A stretch of 62,805 nucleotides of DNA, from the IMG/VR virus record IMGVR_UViG_3300029317_000001, positions 1 through 62,805 of that record; one strand, 5' to 3'. The notes beneath the pieces are model-generated. The model had not been told where the DNA came from, made no database searches, and worked only from the letters and a program-made list of their open reading frames with translations. Below, one piece after another: positions 15,900-25,704 of this stretch. A program made the translations under genes and the position numbers. Numbering within the stretch: the first letter of the stretch is position 1; every line of letters begins with the position of its first letter. Source of the DNA: a virus (taxonomy: Duplodnaviria; Caudoviricetes).

Positions 15900-16156
15900 T
15901 GAATATCGACTTCTTATTAGACTTAGCGAATGTTCTTGAGAAACATAAGGTGACTATAGTAAGCCCTAATGGACCTAAGGAACCATTCGTTCCTGTTGCT
16001 TTCAGAACAACAGGGAATAACAACGATATGTATCCAACATTGATACGAAATCACATATCAGCTTACGACCTGCGCACAACGTCAGGTATGTCAAGTAAAG
16101 AAGCTAATGAAATGTATCAAATCAACAAACGTATAAAGGAGAACAACAATGTATAA
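15899..16156 (+). CDS. Hypothetical protein
   Basis: Translationally coupled ORF. Confidence 0.6.
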   Translation: MNIDFLLDLANVLEKHKVTIVSPNGPKEPFVPVAFRTTGNNNDMYPTLIRNHISAYDLRTTSGMSSKEANEMYQINKRIKENNNV

Positions 16157-16511
16157 ACAAGCTAACAAAGTACGCCTACGTTTCGTAGCACCTAAGCATG
16201 CCTCAGTAACCGTTGAGGATTTACAAAGCTTACCATTGACTCACTTGAAGTCTATGGCTAACCAATGTCATCAGAACATCACAGCACCTAGCGATCTCTT
16301 CGCTGTACGTGATAATCAAACGATGCTCATGGAGCTACGCTTGGAGATCTTACTGGACGTGATTAAAGATCGTACTGATGAAGCAGAAGCTAAGTCCAAT
16401 GCTACTGCGGTAGCTACGGCTAACAAAGCGATTGATCAACTGATCATTAAGAAGCAAGAGGCAGCCATGAACGACCTGTCGATTGAACAATTGATAGCAA
16501 TGAAGAAGTAG
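16149..16511 (+). CDS. Helical hypothetical protein, probable partner of the 659-aa protein
   Basis: RLRF...VTVEDL.SLPL...KKQEAAMNDLSIEQL pattern. Confidence 0.6.
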   Translation: MYKQANKVRLRFVAPKHASVTVEDLQSLPLTHLKSMANQCHQNITAPSDLFAVRDNQTMLMELRLEILLDVIKDRTDEAEAKSNATAVATANKAIDQLIIKKQEAAMNDLSIEQLIAMKK

Positions 16512-16634
16512 TTTGCTTTAGCGCCTTAGATACTTAGGGCGTTATGTCGAACCAACAACTCGTATAACTCTAGGAGAACACTATGTTAAGATTCATTAAG
16601 CGTAAACTATTCGATACACCTAAGGAGACTAAAG

Positions 16635-16829
16635 ATGAGCAGTAAGTCAATAACCATATCAATCATAGGCGGCTTGTTCTTACTATTCATAGTACTTATG
16701 TTAATACAAGCGTTCCTCCCGTCACCTAATGTTGCCCTAATCACACTAGCTGCAGTGATCTTATTAACTGCGTTCGTAGTGTTTGTTAATGCTGACGAGA
16801 TCACCCGTTTCTTGGAGAAGGATTCATGA
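16635..16829 (+). CDS. Two-TM membrane protein
   Basis: Two hydrophobic segments; AAGGAG RBS. Confidence 0.7.
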   Translation: MSSKSITISIIGGLFLLFIVLMLIQAFLPSPNVALITLAAVILLTAFVVFVNADEITRFLEKDS

Positions 16830-17266
16830 TTAAAGTAATACTAGGCGATCTAATTAAACAAGCAGAAGACTTCGATGCTATCATGCATGGTTGCAACTGT
16901 TTCCACGGTGAAGATAGTGGAATTGCTGCTCAGATGTGGGAAGCTTTCCCTATGGCTCGTGAAATGTCGGAAGCACACCATGACTCAGGTGACTTCGGTG
17001 CCTTGGGTGAATACTCAGAATGTGTAGATCACATAGGGCGCTTCACTATCATCAATGCATACACCCAGTACAAGGGCGGTGCTAACTTCGATATTCACGC
17101 TTTCATTCATATTCTTAAGCAGATAAACGAAGATTACTATCAACATTCCATAGCCATTCCAATGATTGGCTGCGGAGTTGGAGGCTCTGATTGGGAATCG
17201 GTGCAAGGAGCGATACTCGTGTATGCTCCTGATATCAATTGGACAGTGGTGGTGTGGAATGGATAA
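16826..17266 (+). CDS. Macro domain (ADP-ribose-binding/processing) protein
   Basis: GDL...IMHGCNC...GIA...INAYTQ...IAIPMIGCGVGGSDW. Confidence 0.9.
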   Translation: MIKVILGDLIKQAEDFDAIMHGCNCFHGEDSGIAAQMWEAFPMAREMSEAHHDSGDFGALGEYSECVDHIGRFTIINAYTQYKGGANFDIHAFIHILKQINEDYYQHSIAIPMIGCGVGGSDWESVQGAILVYAPDINWTVVVWNG

Positions 17267-17380
17267 TCCAGTGTTGATAGAGTTACTAGCTATTATACGA
17301 GACCCTAATAGTTCTCCTGCTACCGTGGGATGGGCTAAAGGCAGGTTCAATGATTTGGTTGATATACTTAAGGAGTTAAC

Positions 17381-17773
17381 ATGAAACACGGAGACATACT
17401 AGGTAAAGATGCGTATGGCCGCAACGTAAAGGTCGGTGATCTTGTGGATACTAACGAATGGTACGGTCTTAACTTATCTGTATCACGTAAAATGGTCATA
17501 GGAATCACTGGTGGTAGTAACTATCGAGTAATCCATCCTTATATCAACGCTGATACTAAGGCATGTGAAGGTTACATCGGTTGGGAATACATCAAGCGCC
17601 CGTTAATCAGTCCTAAGGAAACTTTGGATAGTAAGACTACTCAGGGTTACTACACTTGGATGAATAACTACATGATGCTCAATCAATGCGAAGCCATGTT
17701 CAATGATTTCATGCTTGGACGTTTTACCCCTAAGGGACTTAAGCAATATAAACTGGAGATTACTGATGATTAA
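17381..17773 (+). CDS. Hypothetical protein
   Basis: AAGGAG RBS; KDAYGRNVKVGDLV SH3-like start. Confidence 0.7.
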   Translation: MKHGDILGKDAYGRNVKVGDLVDTNEWYGLNLSVSRKMVIGITGGSNYRVIHPYINADTKACEGYIGWEYIKRPLISPKETLDSKTTQGYYTWMNNYMMLNQCEAMFNDFMLGRFTPKGLKQYKLEITDD

Positions 17774-18173
17774 ATTCATAACCAAATTGATTAAAGGAGA
17801 TAGACCTGAGGAAACAGCTATTACTCTGGAGGTCGAAGTACTGCCTTTAAGTATTAAGGAAATATTTGATAACGCTGTTAAAGCACAGGTGTCTAAGGAT
17901 ATCGAGCACCAATTAGAACTAGCAATTAGTGAACTATGTTATACTGAGGAAGAGCTCAAGGATACCGAGGCTGCTATCTTGAAGTACCACGTGGAGGGGA
18001 TGCGTACTTTAATTAATAGAGAACAGAAGGTGCAATGTCTGTTGGACTATCCTCAAGCTATTATCATCTCACCTAGGTATCAAGACGGTCTACATGAGAT
18101 ACGACTTGGGTTTAACTATAATCGATTCCTAGCGAGATTAACTGAACAAGTAGTGGAGGTTGCTGATGACTAA
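17766..18173 (+). CDS. Hypothetical protein
   Basis: GGAG RBS; coupled ORF within 17703..18173. Confidence 0.65.
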   Translation: MIKFITKLIKGDRPEETAITLEVEVLPLSIKEIFDNAVKAQVSKDIEHQLELAISELCYTEEELKDTEAAILKYHVEGMRTLINREQKVQCLLDYPQAIIISPRYQDGLHEIRLGFNYNRFLARLTEQVVEVADD

Positions 18174-18684
18174 ACAACTAAAGTACCGAGAGTTACCAGA
18201 AGGTTCCACGGAATCCAAGGAAACCCACAAGCAATGCACAGGTGCTCAAGGGTGCTCGGAGATCAAACTACGCTCGTCATTCACCAATGATAGCAGTAAG
18301 GCTGATGGTAAACGTAACCGTTGTAAGCAGTGTCAACGTCTATACAACACTAAGTACGCTAGTAACAGGAGAGCATCGGATAAGAAGTACCGAGCGAAAC
18401 CCGAGAACAGGCTGAAGAAGTATAAGGCTTCTGCTGAGTCCCGAGGTTTCGAGTGGAAGTTAACTAAAGATCAGTTCATGGTTCACTGGCAAAAACCTTG
18501 TACGCACTGTAATGAACCTATTGAGACCATAGGCTTGGATCGAATCGATAGTAGTCTTCCGTATCAAGCGAATAATGTAGAACCTTGTTGTACTACATGT
18601 AATCGTTTAAAGTCTGATTGGACTACGGTGGCTTGGTACAATCATATGAACAAGATCTTAACTGTAAGGATGTCTAAATTATGA
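18160..18684 (+). CDS. HNH-type homing endonuclease
   Basis: N-terminal Zn-finger C..C; PCTHC...GLDRIDSSLPY...NVEPCCTTCNRLK. Confidence 0.85.
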   Translation: MLMTKQLKYRELPEGSTESKETHKQCTGAQGCSEIKLRSSFTNDSSKADGKRNRCKQCQRLYNTKYASNRRASDKKYRAKPENRLKKYKASAESRGFEWKLTKDQFMVHWQKPCTHCNEPIETIGLDRIDSSLPYQANNVEPCCTTCNRLKSDWTTVAWYNHMNKILTVRMSKL

Positions 18685-18911
18685 TTAACGCAGAAGATAT
18701 ACATGATTACTCGGAATGTACCACAGATGAGTACCCTTTCGACGCTATCCAAGACGGATTGGAGGAAGAAGAGTGGAGCTTCGATGCTACTCCTGAATCA
18801 GTAGTCGTTAAGAATCACACAGGTAATCTCTTTACTGCTACCAAGGTATGGTACCCTGAAGGTGAATTCCATTGTACTGAAATTAAACCTTATACAGGAG
18901 AAGTCTTATGA
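18681..18911 (+). CDS. Small acidic hypothetical protein
   Basis: Coupled ORF. Confidence 0.65.
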   Translation: MINAEDIHDYSECTTDEYPFDAIQDGLEEEEWSFDATPESVVVKNHTGNLFTATKVWYPEGEFHCTEIKPYTGEVL

Positions 18912-19162
18912 ATACTCTACAAGACTTAGGTCAAATTGGTAAGGTAGTTTACGTATGGCAAGGTGATGAAAGTACGGCTACGGTTGAACGTAGTAGTGGG
19001 AGAAACATCGGCTACAAGACACGTAAAGCCTTACTTAAGAACATCAAACATCAAGTAGATAGCTTCAATCGCCAGAACCTGCCTATCGTCTCAGTTGAGA
19101 TTCTAACGGTTGCTATGGTAGCCACGGACACTGAGACCATCAGCTTAGCGGATTTACCGTGA
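18908..19162 (+). CDS. Hypothetical protein
   Basis: AGGAG RBS; coupled ORF. Confidence 0.65.
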   Translation: MNTLQDLGQIGKVVYVWQGDESTATVERSSGRNIGYKTRKALLKNIKHQVDSFNRQNLPIVSVEILTVAMVATDTETISLADLP

Positions 19163-19680
19163 GTCGCTTGATGGTGACTAGTGATCTACATCTGGGTCAC
19201 AAGAACATCACCAAGTATAGACCCCAGTTTACTAAGGAGGAACATGATGAAGTTATCTTCGATAATCTTGCCAGTAATATTACTAAGCGTGATACTCTGT
19301 TTCTCCTTGGCGACATTGCTTTTTCTCTTGAATGGCACATCAGAGTCGCGGCAATCAAGTGTAAACACAAGGTCATCATCCTTGGAAACCATGACACCGA
19401 CAGAAGCGTTAAGGTTTCTCAATTCGCTGGACTGTATGACAAAGTCCACGGGTTGCTTAGCCATCGTGGATACTGGTGGTCGCACTGTCCAATTCATCCT
19501 CAAGAACTCAGAGGAAGACTAGGTAACATACACGGACACTTGCATGGTAATAGTATCTGGGAAGGTGATAACTGGTCTGAAGAGAACGGTTCAATGCAAC
19601 CCTTGGATACACGTTACATCAATGCCTGTGTTGAACACACGGACTTTAAACCGATTCGTTTCGAGGACTTAGTTAGATAG
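19159..19680 (+). CDS. Calcineurin-like metallophosphoesterase
   Basis: SDLHLGH, LGD, GNHD, SHCP and HGHLH motifs. Confidence 0.92.
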   Translation: MSRLMVTSDLHLGHKNITKYRPQFTKEEHDEVIFDNLASNITKRDTLFLLGDIAFSLEWHIRVAAIKCKHKVIILGNHDTDRSVKVSQFAGLYDKVHGLLSHRGYWWSHCPIHPQELRGRLGNIHGHLHGNSIWEGDNWSEENGSMQPLDTRYINACVEHTDFKPIRFEDLVR

Positions 19681-19690
19681 GAGCAAAAAC

Positions 19691-21700
19691 GTGAAGATAA
19701 CATCAAACACACCAGCAGCACAAATGGGCGGTATGCAAGCAAACGCATTCCAGTTAACCAACAGTGCGAAGATAATCGACATTGTAATTAACAAGATGTA
19801 CACTAACAAACCCGGAGCAGTCATACGGGAACTAGCAGCCAACGCTTGGGATGCTCATTGTGAAGCAGACAACCGCGACAAACCCTTTGAAATACATCTG
19901 CCTACTTGGATAGAGAAGACTTTCATGATTCGTGACTACGGTATTGGCATACCTCATGAACGCTTTGAAAACATCTACACCAACATAGGCGGAAGTACTA
20001 AGGATACCAGTGATGATCTCATCGGAGGGTTTGGCTTGGGCAGTAAGACCCCGTTCACTATGGTCGATAGTTTCACCGTGGAGAACTGGCGCGATGGTGA
20101 GAAGTCAACGTGGTTATGTTTCAAGGATGCAGGTAATCCTCAGGTAACTATGTTGTCAAGAGAACCGAGTACCGAACCTACAGGAGTTAAGGTATCATTC
20201 GTATTCGAGGAGGACGAGGTACTGGAGTTCACCAACCAGCTGACTAAACAACTCAAGTACTTTCCCACGAAACCTATCATTACTGGTGGCGAGGGAGTAG
20301 CTGAGTGGGACGAACTACCTGATGGTTGGGAAACCAAGGACTACTTCTACAGCAAGCAACGTAACGTTTCATCATGGAACCGAACGCATTATGTTGTAAT
20401 GGGCAACGTAGCGTATGACTTGAATGACAACATGTTCTCAGGCTCCCACGCACTGTTCCGTGAGTCTCTAACGATCAAGGTTCCTATTGGTGCTGTGGAT
20501 ATACCACCGTCTCGAGAGAACCTTGAGTACACTACTCGTACTAAGAAATACATAGGTGATGTTCTCGCAGGCATCAAGAAGAAATATAACGATGAGTTCT
20601 TAGCGGAGATCAAGCAATGTAAGGATTACCTAAGTCTACGTAAGAAGTTCCACCAAGCTAATGGGAATCTTATTAGTTTGCCTAAGTTTACTTTCGAGGG
20701 TGATGAGTACACTTGGAGTACTTTAGCGCATAATAGGTTAACCTCTGACGAACACACGCTCTCTATTAAACATGTCGTTTCTCGGTATACTAATGTATTC
20801 CGTGCATGTACTATAATGATGACGGATGTTGCTACGGGTCTAGATTTGTATATCAATGACCTTGGTATCGGCGCAACAGCTCACATCAACGCGGAGCATA
20901 TTAAGATACCATCGAAGGCTTACATCATAGATCCGACTAAGGGAACCAAGGCTACTCGTCAAGCTCTCTTTGATGCAGACCTAGCAACAGCTACTGAGTT
21001 CTTTGGGGTAGTACCTAAGTTACTGTCGACTGTTATAGGATTACCAACAGCGGCGACCAAAGGTACTCGTGCTAAACCTGATCAGATCTTCAAGGTAACG
21101 TCCCGAGGAGCCACTGTGAAGGCTTCAGTTACTAGCGTCACTGACATACCAACGTCAGGTTATATGCTGCCTATGAGCGGCTGGGACGTCGAGGATGGGA
21201 AGTTCAAGGGTTTAATCCCAGAGATCGGTAGGTTCGTTGATGAACTGGATGAACCTGTGTACTTAGTACGTAAACACACGAGAAAGGATGTCGTAGGTCT
21301 AAAGGATGCCTCACATCTCTCAGCAGCCTTAGATAAACTATTGGTTCCTAGACTACAGCAAGACGCTAACCACACGGAACTACAGAATCTATTGAGTCCT
21401 TCGGAAATGCGTAACTTAGGCCGAGTCGAGTGGAGAGGTGTTGATAACGCTATCTACTTACTGCTTAAGTTTCACGCTCGATTAACTAAGAGTAGCATGA
21501 ATGGAATGGAACGGTCATGTGCTCTAAGTCTGGTTGATGCAGAGATCAAAGGCTCAGCATTCGTGTCTGAGAGAGCTAGGTCTTACATCAACACGTATAA
21601 CAAGAAGTGGAAAGAGTTGGTCAGTGCCTTAGGGTACGGCTGGAATTCCACAGGTAACTTCAAAGCTTTACAAACATTCATAATAACGGAGAACAAATAA
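19691..21700 (+). CDS. rIIA: rIIA-like protein (N-terminal GHKL/HSP90-like ATPase)
   Basis: IRELAANAWDA, IRDYGIGI, STK...IGGFGLGSK; DIPPSRENL; directly upstream of rIIB. Confidence 0.85.
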   Translation: MKITSNTPAAQMGGMQANAFQLTNSAKIIDIVINKMYTNKPGAVIRELAANAWDAHCEADNRDKPFEIHLPTWIEKTFMIRDYGIGIPHERFENIYTNIGGSTKDTSDDLIGGFGLGSKTPFTMVDSFTVENWRDGEKSTWLCFKDAGNPQVTMLSREPSTEPTGVKVSFVFEEDEVLEFTNQLTKQLKYFPTKPIITGGEGVAEWDELPDGWETKDYFYSKQRNVSSWNRTHYVVMGNVAYDLNDNMFSGSHALFRESLTIKVPIGAVDIPPSRENLEYTTRTKKYIGDVLAGIKKKYNDEFLAEIKQCKDYLSLRKKFHQANGNLISLPKFTFEGDEYTWSTLAHNRLTSDEHTLSIKHVVSRYTNVFRACTIMMTDVATGLDLYINDLGIGATAHINAEHIKIPSKAYIIDPTKGTKATRQALFDADLATATEFFGVVPKLLSTVIGLPTAATKGTRAKPDQIFKVTSRGATVKASVTSVTDIPTSGYMLPMSGWDVEDGKFKGLIPEIGRFVDELDEPVYLVRKHTRKDVVGLKDASHLSAALDKLLVPRLQQDANHTELQNLLSPSEMRNLGRVEWRGVDNAIYLLLKFHARLTKSSMNGMERSCALSLVDAEIKGSAFVSERARSYINTYNKKWKELVSALGYGWNSTGNFKALQTFIITENK

Positions 21701-22989
21701 TGGCTAAATTAATAATCCCAAACGTATCAGTAGGTTTCTTTAACGAAGGCGTATGGCACACAGCGAACAAGAGTCATCCTCAGTACACTGCAATTGAACA
21801 AGCAGTAGGTCAAGATGATTTCCCAGCAGCGGCTAAGTTAATCTCGTTGAAAGAGGCGATTAACACTGCGATCCAAGGAAGTAAACTAGTACTACGAGGT
21901 AATGAACTGTTCTTCCAAGGTAACGTGGTTCGTGGGATCTTAGGTAAACGTATCTTGGAAATGATTAAGTTAGGTCACAACTGTGAACCTCTGGAACTGT
22001 TTCTAGAGAACCTAACGCAGAACCCTAGTAGCCGAGCGGTCGAGGAGCTATATGGTTTCATGGAAGTATCTATGTTACCTATCACTGACGATGGTCACTT
22101 CCTAGCGTATAAATCAGTTAGACAGGACTTCACTGATCATCATACAGGTACCATGGATAACTCAGTAGGTTCAATCGTTTCTATGCAACGTAACCTAGTA
22201 GATGAGAACAAGGATCAGACCTGCTCATATGGATTGCACTTTGCTGCTCATGAGTACGCTGAGGGCTTTGGTTCTAGTGGTCGCATGGTCGTGCTGAAGA
22301 TTAATCCTAAGGATGTCGTAGCGATCCCATCAGATTACAAGAACATGAAGGGACGTGCTTGTAGATACGAGATTCTGGAAGAAGTCGAGCGTAGTGATAA
22401 GGGACTAGTGAATGCTCAGGTAGTGATTACTAAGGAGAAAACTAAGGAGACACCTAAGGAGACACCTAAGGAAACCACTAAGAAACTAACGGTGTCTAAC
22501 TTAGTCATCGGTAAGACTTATGAATTCCGTGGTACTTCCTTCAACTCCAGCTTCAATGGTGATTGGTTTACAGGGGAATACATAGGTAAAGACAAGCTCC
22601 GACTATCTAAGGTATCAGCAGATATCGCTGGTCAGCCTCACCAGTATTTCCTTAGTAACGTCGAGGTACGTGAGGTTACCGTAGTTACTTATTCACCTCA
22701 ATCTGATAACTACGATGATACAACGACCTGGACTGATGAGTTCATGGGTATTAAGGAGTTCGTAGGAGGCCCTGAGGACTTCCCTATTAACCGTAAGACT
22801 CGCTATGACCTAACGCGTCATTCTAACGGCAAGGAGTACCTAGGCTTCTTCTTCACTAACTATGATGAGAAGAACGATAACTTAGTATTCCGTAAGCACA
22901 ACGGTGAGTCCTTTGATTACTGTACTATTGGTGACGTGAGTGGCTGGGAGATTACCGTGGACGAAGACCACATTGTGCTGGGTAGTTAA
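21700..22989 (+). CDS. rIIB: rIIB-like protein with C-terminal extension
   Basis: NPS...ELYGF...PITDDGHFLAYK...CSYGLH...INPKDVVAIPSDY..MKGRACRYEI. Confidence 0.85.
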   Translation: MAKLIIPNVSVGFFNEGVWHTANKSHPQYTAIEQAVGQDDFPAAAKLISLKEAINTAIQGSKLVLRGNELFFQGNVVRGILGKRILEMIKLGHNCEPLELFLENLTQNPSSRAVEELYGFMEVSMLPITDDGHFLAYKSVRQDFTDHHTGTMDNSVGSIVSMQRNLVDENKDQTCSYGLHFAAHEYAEGFGSSGRMVVLKINPKDVVAIPSDYKNMKGRACRYEILEEVERSDKGLVNAQVVITKEKTKETPKETPKETTKKLTVSNLVIGKTYEFRGTSFNSSFNGDWFTGEYIGKDKLRLSKVSADIAGQPHQYFLSNVEVREVTVVTYSPQSDNYDDTTTWTDEFMGIKEFVGGPEDFPINRKTRYDLTRHSNGKEYLGFFFTNYDEKNDNLVFRKHNGESFDYCTIGDVSGWEITVDEDHIVLGS

Positions 22990-23165
22990 TGGGTTTCCTC
23001 GGCTTCGTAGGACTCTGTGTCTTCGGACTCATGGTGTTTATCGTGCTGAGAGTCATTAGAGAACTTAAGATTCAAAACGATTAGTTAGACTATAGGGATT
23101 GAGATCAGATCGACTGCGTTGTCAGTCCCTATCACTAAACAATCGTAAAACAAAAGGAGAACACA

Positions 23166-23879
23166 ATGATCAAAGTAAGACCAAAGAAACTGCTAGCGAT
23201 CGGGACTAACGCCAAGACTATCAAAGGAGATAAAGCCAGTGAATACCTCACAGCCATCATGTATCTCAGTCCTCATAAGACAAACAGGAAGCAGGTCAAC
23301 CTATGTCCAAAGGCATCTGTTGGTTGCGCAGCAGCTTGTTTGTATTCCTCTGGACGAGGTAAGTTTTCAAATGTACAAGCTGCTCGAATCGCAAAGTCTG
23401 AATGGTTTATCGACGACCGAAAAGGCTTTCTTGAGCAACTGCATAAAGAGATTCTTAGACATTCATTCAACGCAAGGCTGGTCGGGAAGAAACCTGCAAT
23501 TCGGCTCAATGGGACTAGTGATATCCTTTGGGAACGTTACGTAGATATGAGCCTGTATCCTGAGGTGCAGTTCTACGACTATACCAAGTGGGCACCAGAA
23601 GACAGAAAGCCTTTAGCTAACTACGACCTGACCTACAGTAGAGCAGAAGATACTCCTGATTCTTATGTGAAGAAGGTTTGCTTACTAGACCAGAACGTAG
23701 CTGTTGTGTTCAACTCAAGTATGGCGTTACCCACTAGTTTCCTCGGGTTTCGCGTGATTGACGGTGATAAAACTGATTTACGCTTCCTTGATGTGAAAGG
23801 AGTAGTCGTAGGACTCACTGCTAAGGGTGATGCGAAGAAAGATGACTCTGGTTTCGTAATATATCAGGAGTCAGCCTAA
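23166..23879 (+). CDS. GP88-family protein (Cys-cluster, radical-SAM-like)
   Basis: LCPKASVGCAAACL...IRLNGTSD...FYDYTK...IDGDKTDLRFLD...VVGL.AKG. Confidence 0.7.
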   Translation: MIKVRPKKLLAIGTNAKTIKGDKASEYLTAIMYLSPHKTNRKQVNLCPKASVGCAAACLYSSGRGKFSNVQAARIAKSEWFIDDRKGFLEQLHKEILRHSFNARLVGKKPAIRLNGTSDILWERYVDMSLYPEVQFYDYTKWAPEDRKPLANYDLTYSRAEDTPDSYVKKVCLLDQNVAVVFNSSMALPTSFLGFRVIDGDKTDLRFLDVKGVVVGLTAKGDAKKDDSGFVIYQESA

Positions 23880-24142
23880 GGATATCTCACCAAGCGGAAA
23901 GCAGGAAGCAATTGACTACCTTGCTCGTGAAGTTAAGGAACTTAAGAAGGAACTTAAGCGACTTAAGGAAGTAATGAAACGGGAGTTAAACTTATGATTA
24001 TATTTTGGATGTTCATTGTAGGAGCAGCTGTAGGAATACTTTATGAAGCTTGGAGATGTTCCAATGAGTAACTATCCCGATGGTTTCGGAGAGAACCCGA
24101 GTGACTATGGTTCGCAGAGTCCACTAGATGAGGAGGAGGCAG

Positions 24143-24397
24143 ATGAAGACGATAATTCATGTAAATCAGCATAACATCAAGTACAATAACAATCGAATGC
24201 CTGATGACCACAGAGCAGTACTTACATGCAAGACCTACAAGAGTAATGTCTATGGGTTTGAAGTGGATGTATTAGATGCTTTAGGTAACGTATGTGGCAC
24301 ATTCAAGTACAGACCTGATAAACCCCTGAGCTGTGGCGCTAAGGTTTGGTTTGAGACAGAGAATGACATAAATATTGTGAATAATCCACTTGACTAG
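24143..24397 (+). CDS. Conserved phage hypothetical protein
   Basis: IHVNQHNIK...YRPDKPLSCGAKVWFET; GGAGG RBS. Confidence 0.7.
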   Translation: MKTIIHVNQHNIKYNNNRMPDDHRAVLTCKTYKSNVYGFEVDVLDALGNVCGTFKYRPDKPLSCGAKVWFETENDINIVNNPLD

Positions 24398-24419
24398 TAA
24401 TATGAATCCATGATAAACT
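24390..24419 (+). promoter_or_regulatory. sigma70-like promoter ahead of the replication module
   Basis: TTGACT-N18 (with TG)-TAAACT. Confidence 0.5.
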
Positions 24420-24450
24420 CTAAACATAAGAAACACAAGAGGAACTACTC

Positions 24451-24687
24451 ATGAATAATACAACTAGTAATCATTTCACAGGCAAACAAGCTCTAGGACT
24501 ACTTTGGATAGTAGAGAAGAAGGATCCAATAGAACTCGAGTTTACTAAGGGAGAACTAAGACACCTTCAGCTTATTGTGCTAGATGAGTTTGACTTCATA
24601 GATTCTCCTTACAAGAATAAGTTAGTGTCCAAGGTAAAGACTGAGATCCTTCCCTTGATGCTGAAACAAGAGCCTATCTTTAAATAG
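24451..24687 (+). CDS. Hypothetical protein
   Basis: GAGG RBS. Confidence 0.6.
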   Translation: MNNTTSNHFTGKQALGLLWIVEKKDPIELEFTKGELRHLQLIVLDEFDFIDSPYKNKLVSKVKTEILPLMLKQEPIFK

Positions 24688-24769
24688 AAACCAACGGTTG
24701 CATAACGTCAACCAAATTAACTTTAATCAACGCGGGGATAACATATGCACGAACGAAGAGGTAAACCAA

Positions 24770-25198
24770 ATGGCTTTATTATCAAAAGTAGAAGTATTGT
24801 TTTCAAACGTATTAGCAGAAGACGATTTCTCAAGTAAGTACCAAATAGTAGTTAAATTAACCGAGGAACAAGCTGCTGATGCTGAGGACGCAGGTCTGAA
24901 TGTTAAGACCAAGGAATACAACGGAGCAACTCAGTTCCAAGCGACCTTCAAGACTAAGTTTAAGCCGCGTATCGTAGGTAACATTGCGACCAAGGATTTA
25001 GACCTAGAAGGCTCTGAGATTGGCCGAGGTTCACGTGTCAACGTACAGTACAAGTTTCGTGATTGGAAAGGTCCATCAGGTAACACAGGCAAAGGTCAAG
25101 ATCTAATAGCCTGTCAAGTGCTGGAGTTAAACTCTCCTAACCAAATGGAGTTCGCAGACGCTGATGAATTTGGTGGTGCTGATCAAGACGACTACTAA
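24770..25198 (+). CDS. Single-stranded DNA-binding protein (T7 gp2.5-like)
   Basis: IGRGSRVNV OB-fold motif, L.ACQVLEL and acidic tail ending in an aromatic residue (DQDDY); GAGG RBS. Confidence 0.75.
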   Translation: MALLSKVEVLFSNVLAEDDFSSKYQIVVKLTEEQAADAEDAGLNVKTKEYNGATQFQATFKTKFKPRIVGNIATKDLDLEGSEIGRGSRVNVQYKFRDWKGPSGNTGKGQDLIACQVLELNSPNQMEFADADEFGGADQDDY

Positions 25199-25199
25199 G

Positions 25200-25232
25200 A
25201 AGTAAACCCCAAGTAAACCCCAAGTAAACCCC
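25200..25232. repeat. 3 x AAGTAAACCCC tandem repeat
   Basis: Directly visible after the SSB stop codon. Confidence 0.9.
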
Positions 25233-25266
25233 AAGGCACCTAGGCTTATACCTACGGTGCCTTTTC
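25233..25266 (+). terminator. Terminator-like hairpin after SSB
   Basis: AAGGCACC-TAGG...CCTA-C-GGTGCCTTTT. Confidence 0.6.
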
Positions 25267-25286
25267 TATAACTAAAGGAGAACATC

Positions 25287-25694
25287 ATGGATAAACTTAC
25301 AGACCACTACGGTCAAGAGTTAAACCTAGGAGACATGGTACTTGGTGCTGTTGGAGGTGGTCGTTTTCGCCAGACACGCTTCATACACGCTGTTGTAGTG
25401 GGCCGAACCAAGGCAATGGTACGATTACATCAGATCAGTGACGATGGTGACAGACAGTACGCCCTAGAGACTCTCAAGAGACGTGGGACTCAACGAGGTG
25501 GCCGTGTGTTGCCTACGGAACTCATTAGGCTGCAAGAAAGCTTCCTAACCGTAGCAGAAGTCGAAGCTAATCATGATGTGTCCTTAGATCCCAATGGTGT
25601 TGTGTTACCTAAGGCGGTTCAAATGCAACGCCCTAGTCAACAACTAAGGGCTGCTATAACCGCACCCTACCCTTCACCATTATTATTACCATAG
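25287..25694 (+). CDS. Hypothetical protein
   Basis: AAGGAG RBS; D.YGQEL..GDMV start. Confidence 0.7.
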   Translation: MDKLTDHYGQELNLGDMVLGAVGGGRFRQTRFIHAVVVGRTKAMVRLHQISDDGDRQYALETLKRRGTQRGGRVLPTELIRLQESFLTVAEVEANHDVSLDPNGVVLPKAVQMQRPSQQLRAAITAPYPSPLLLP

Positions 25695-25704
25695 GAGAAA
25701 CCCA

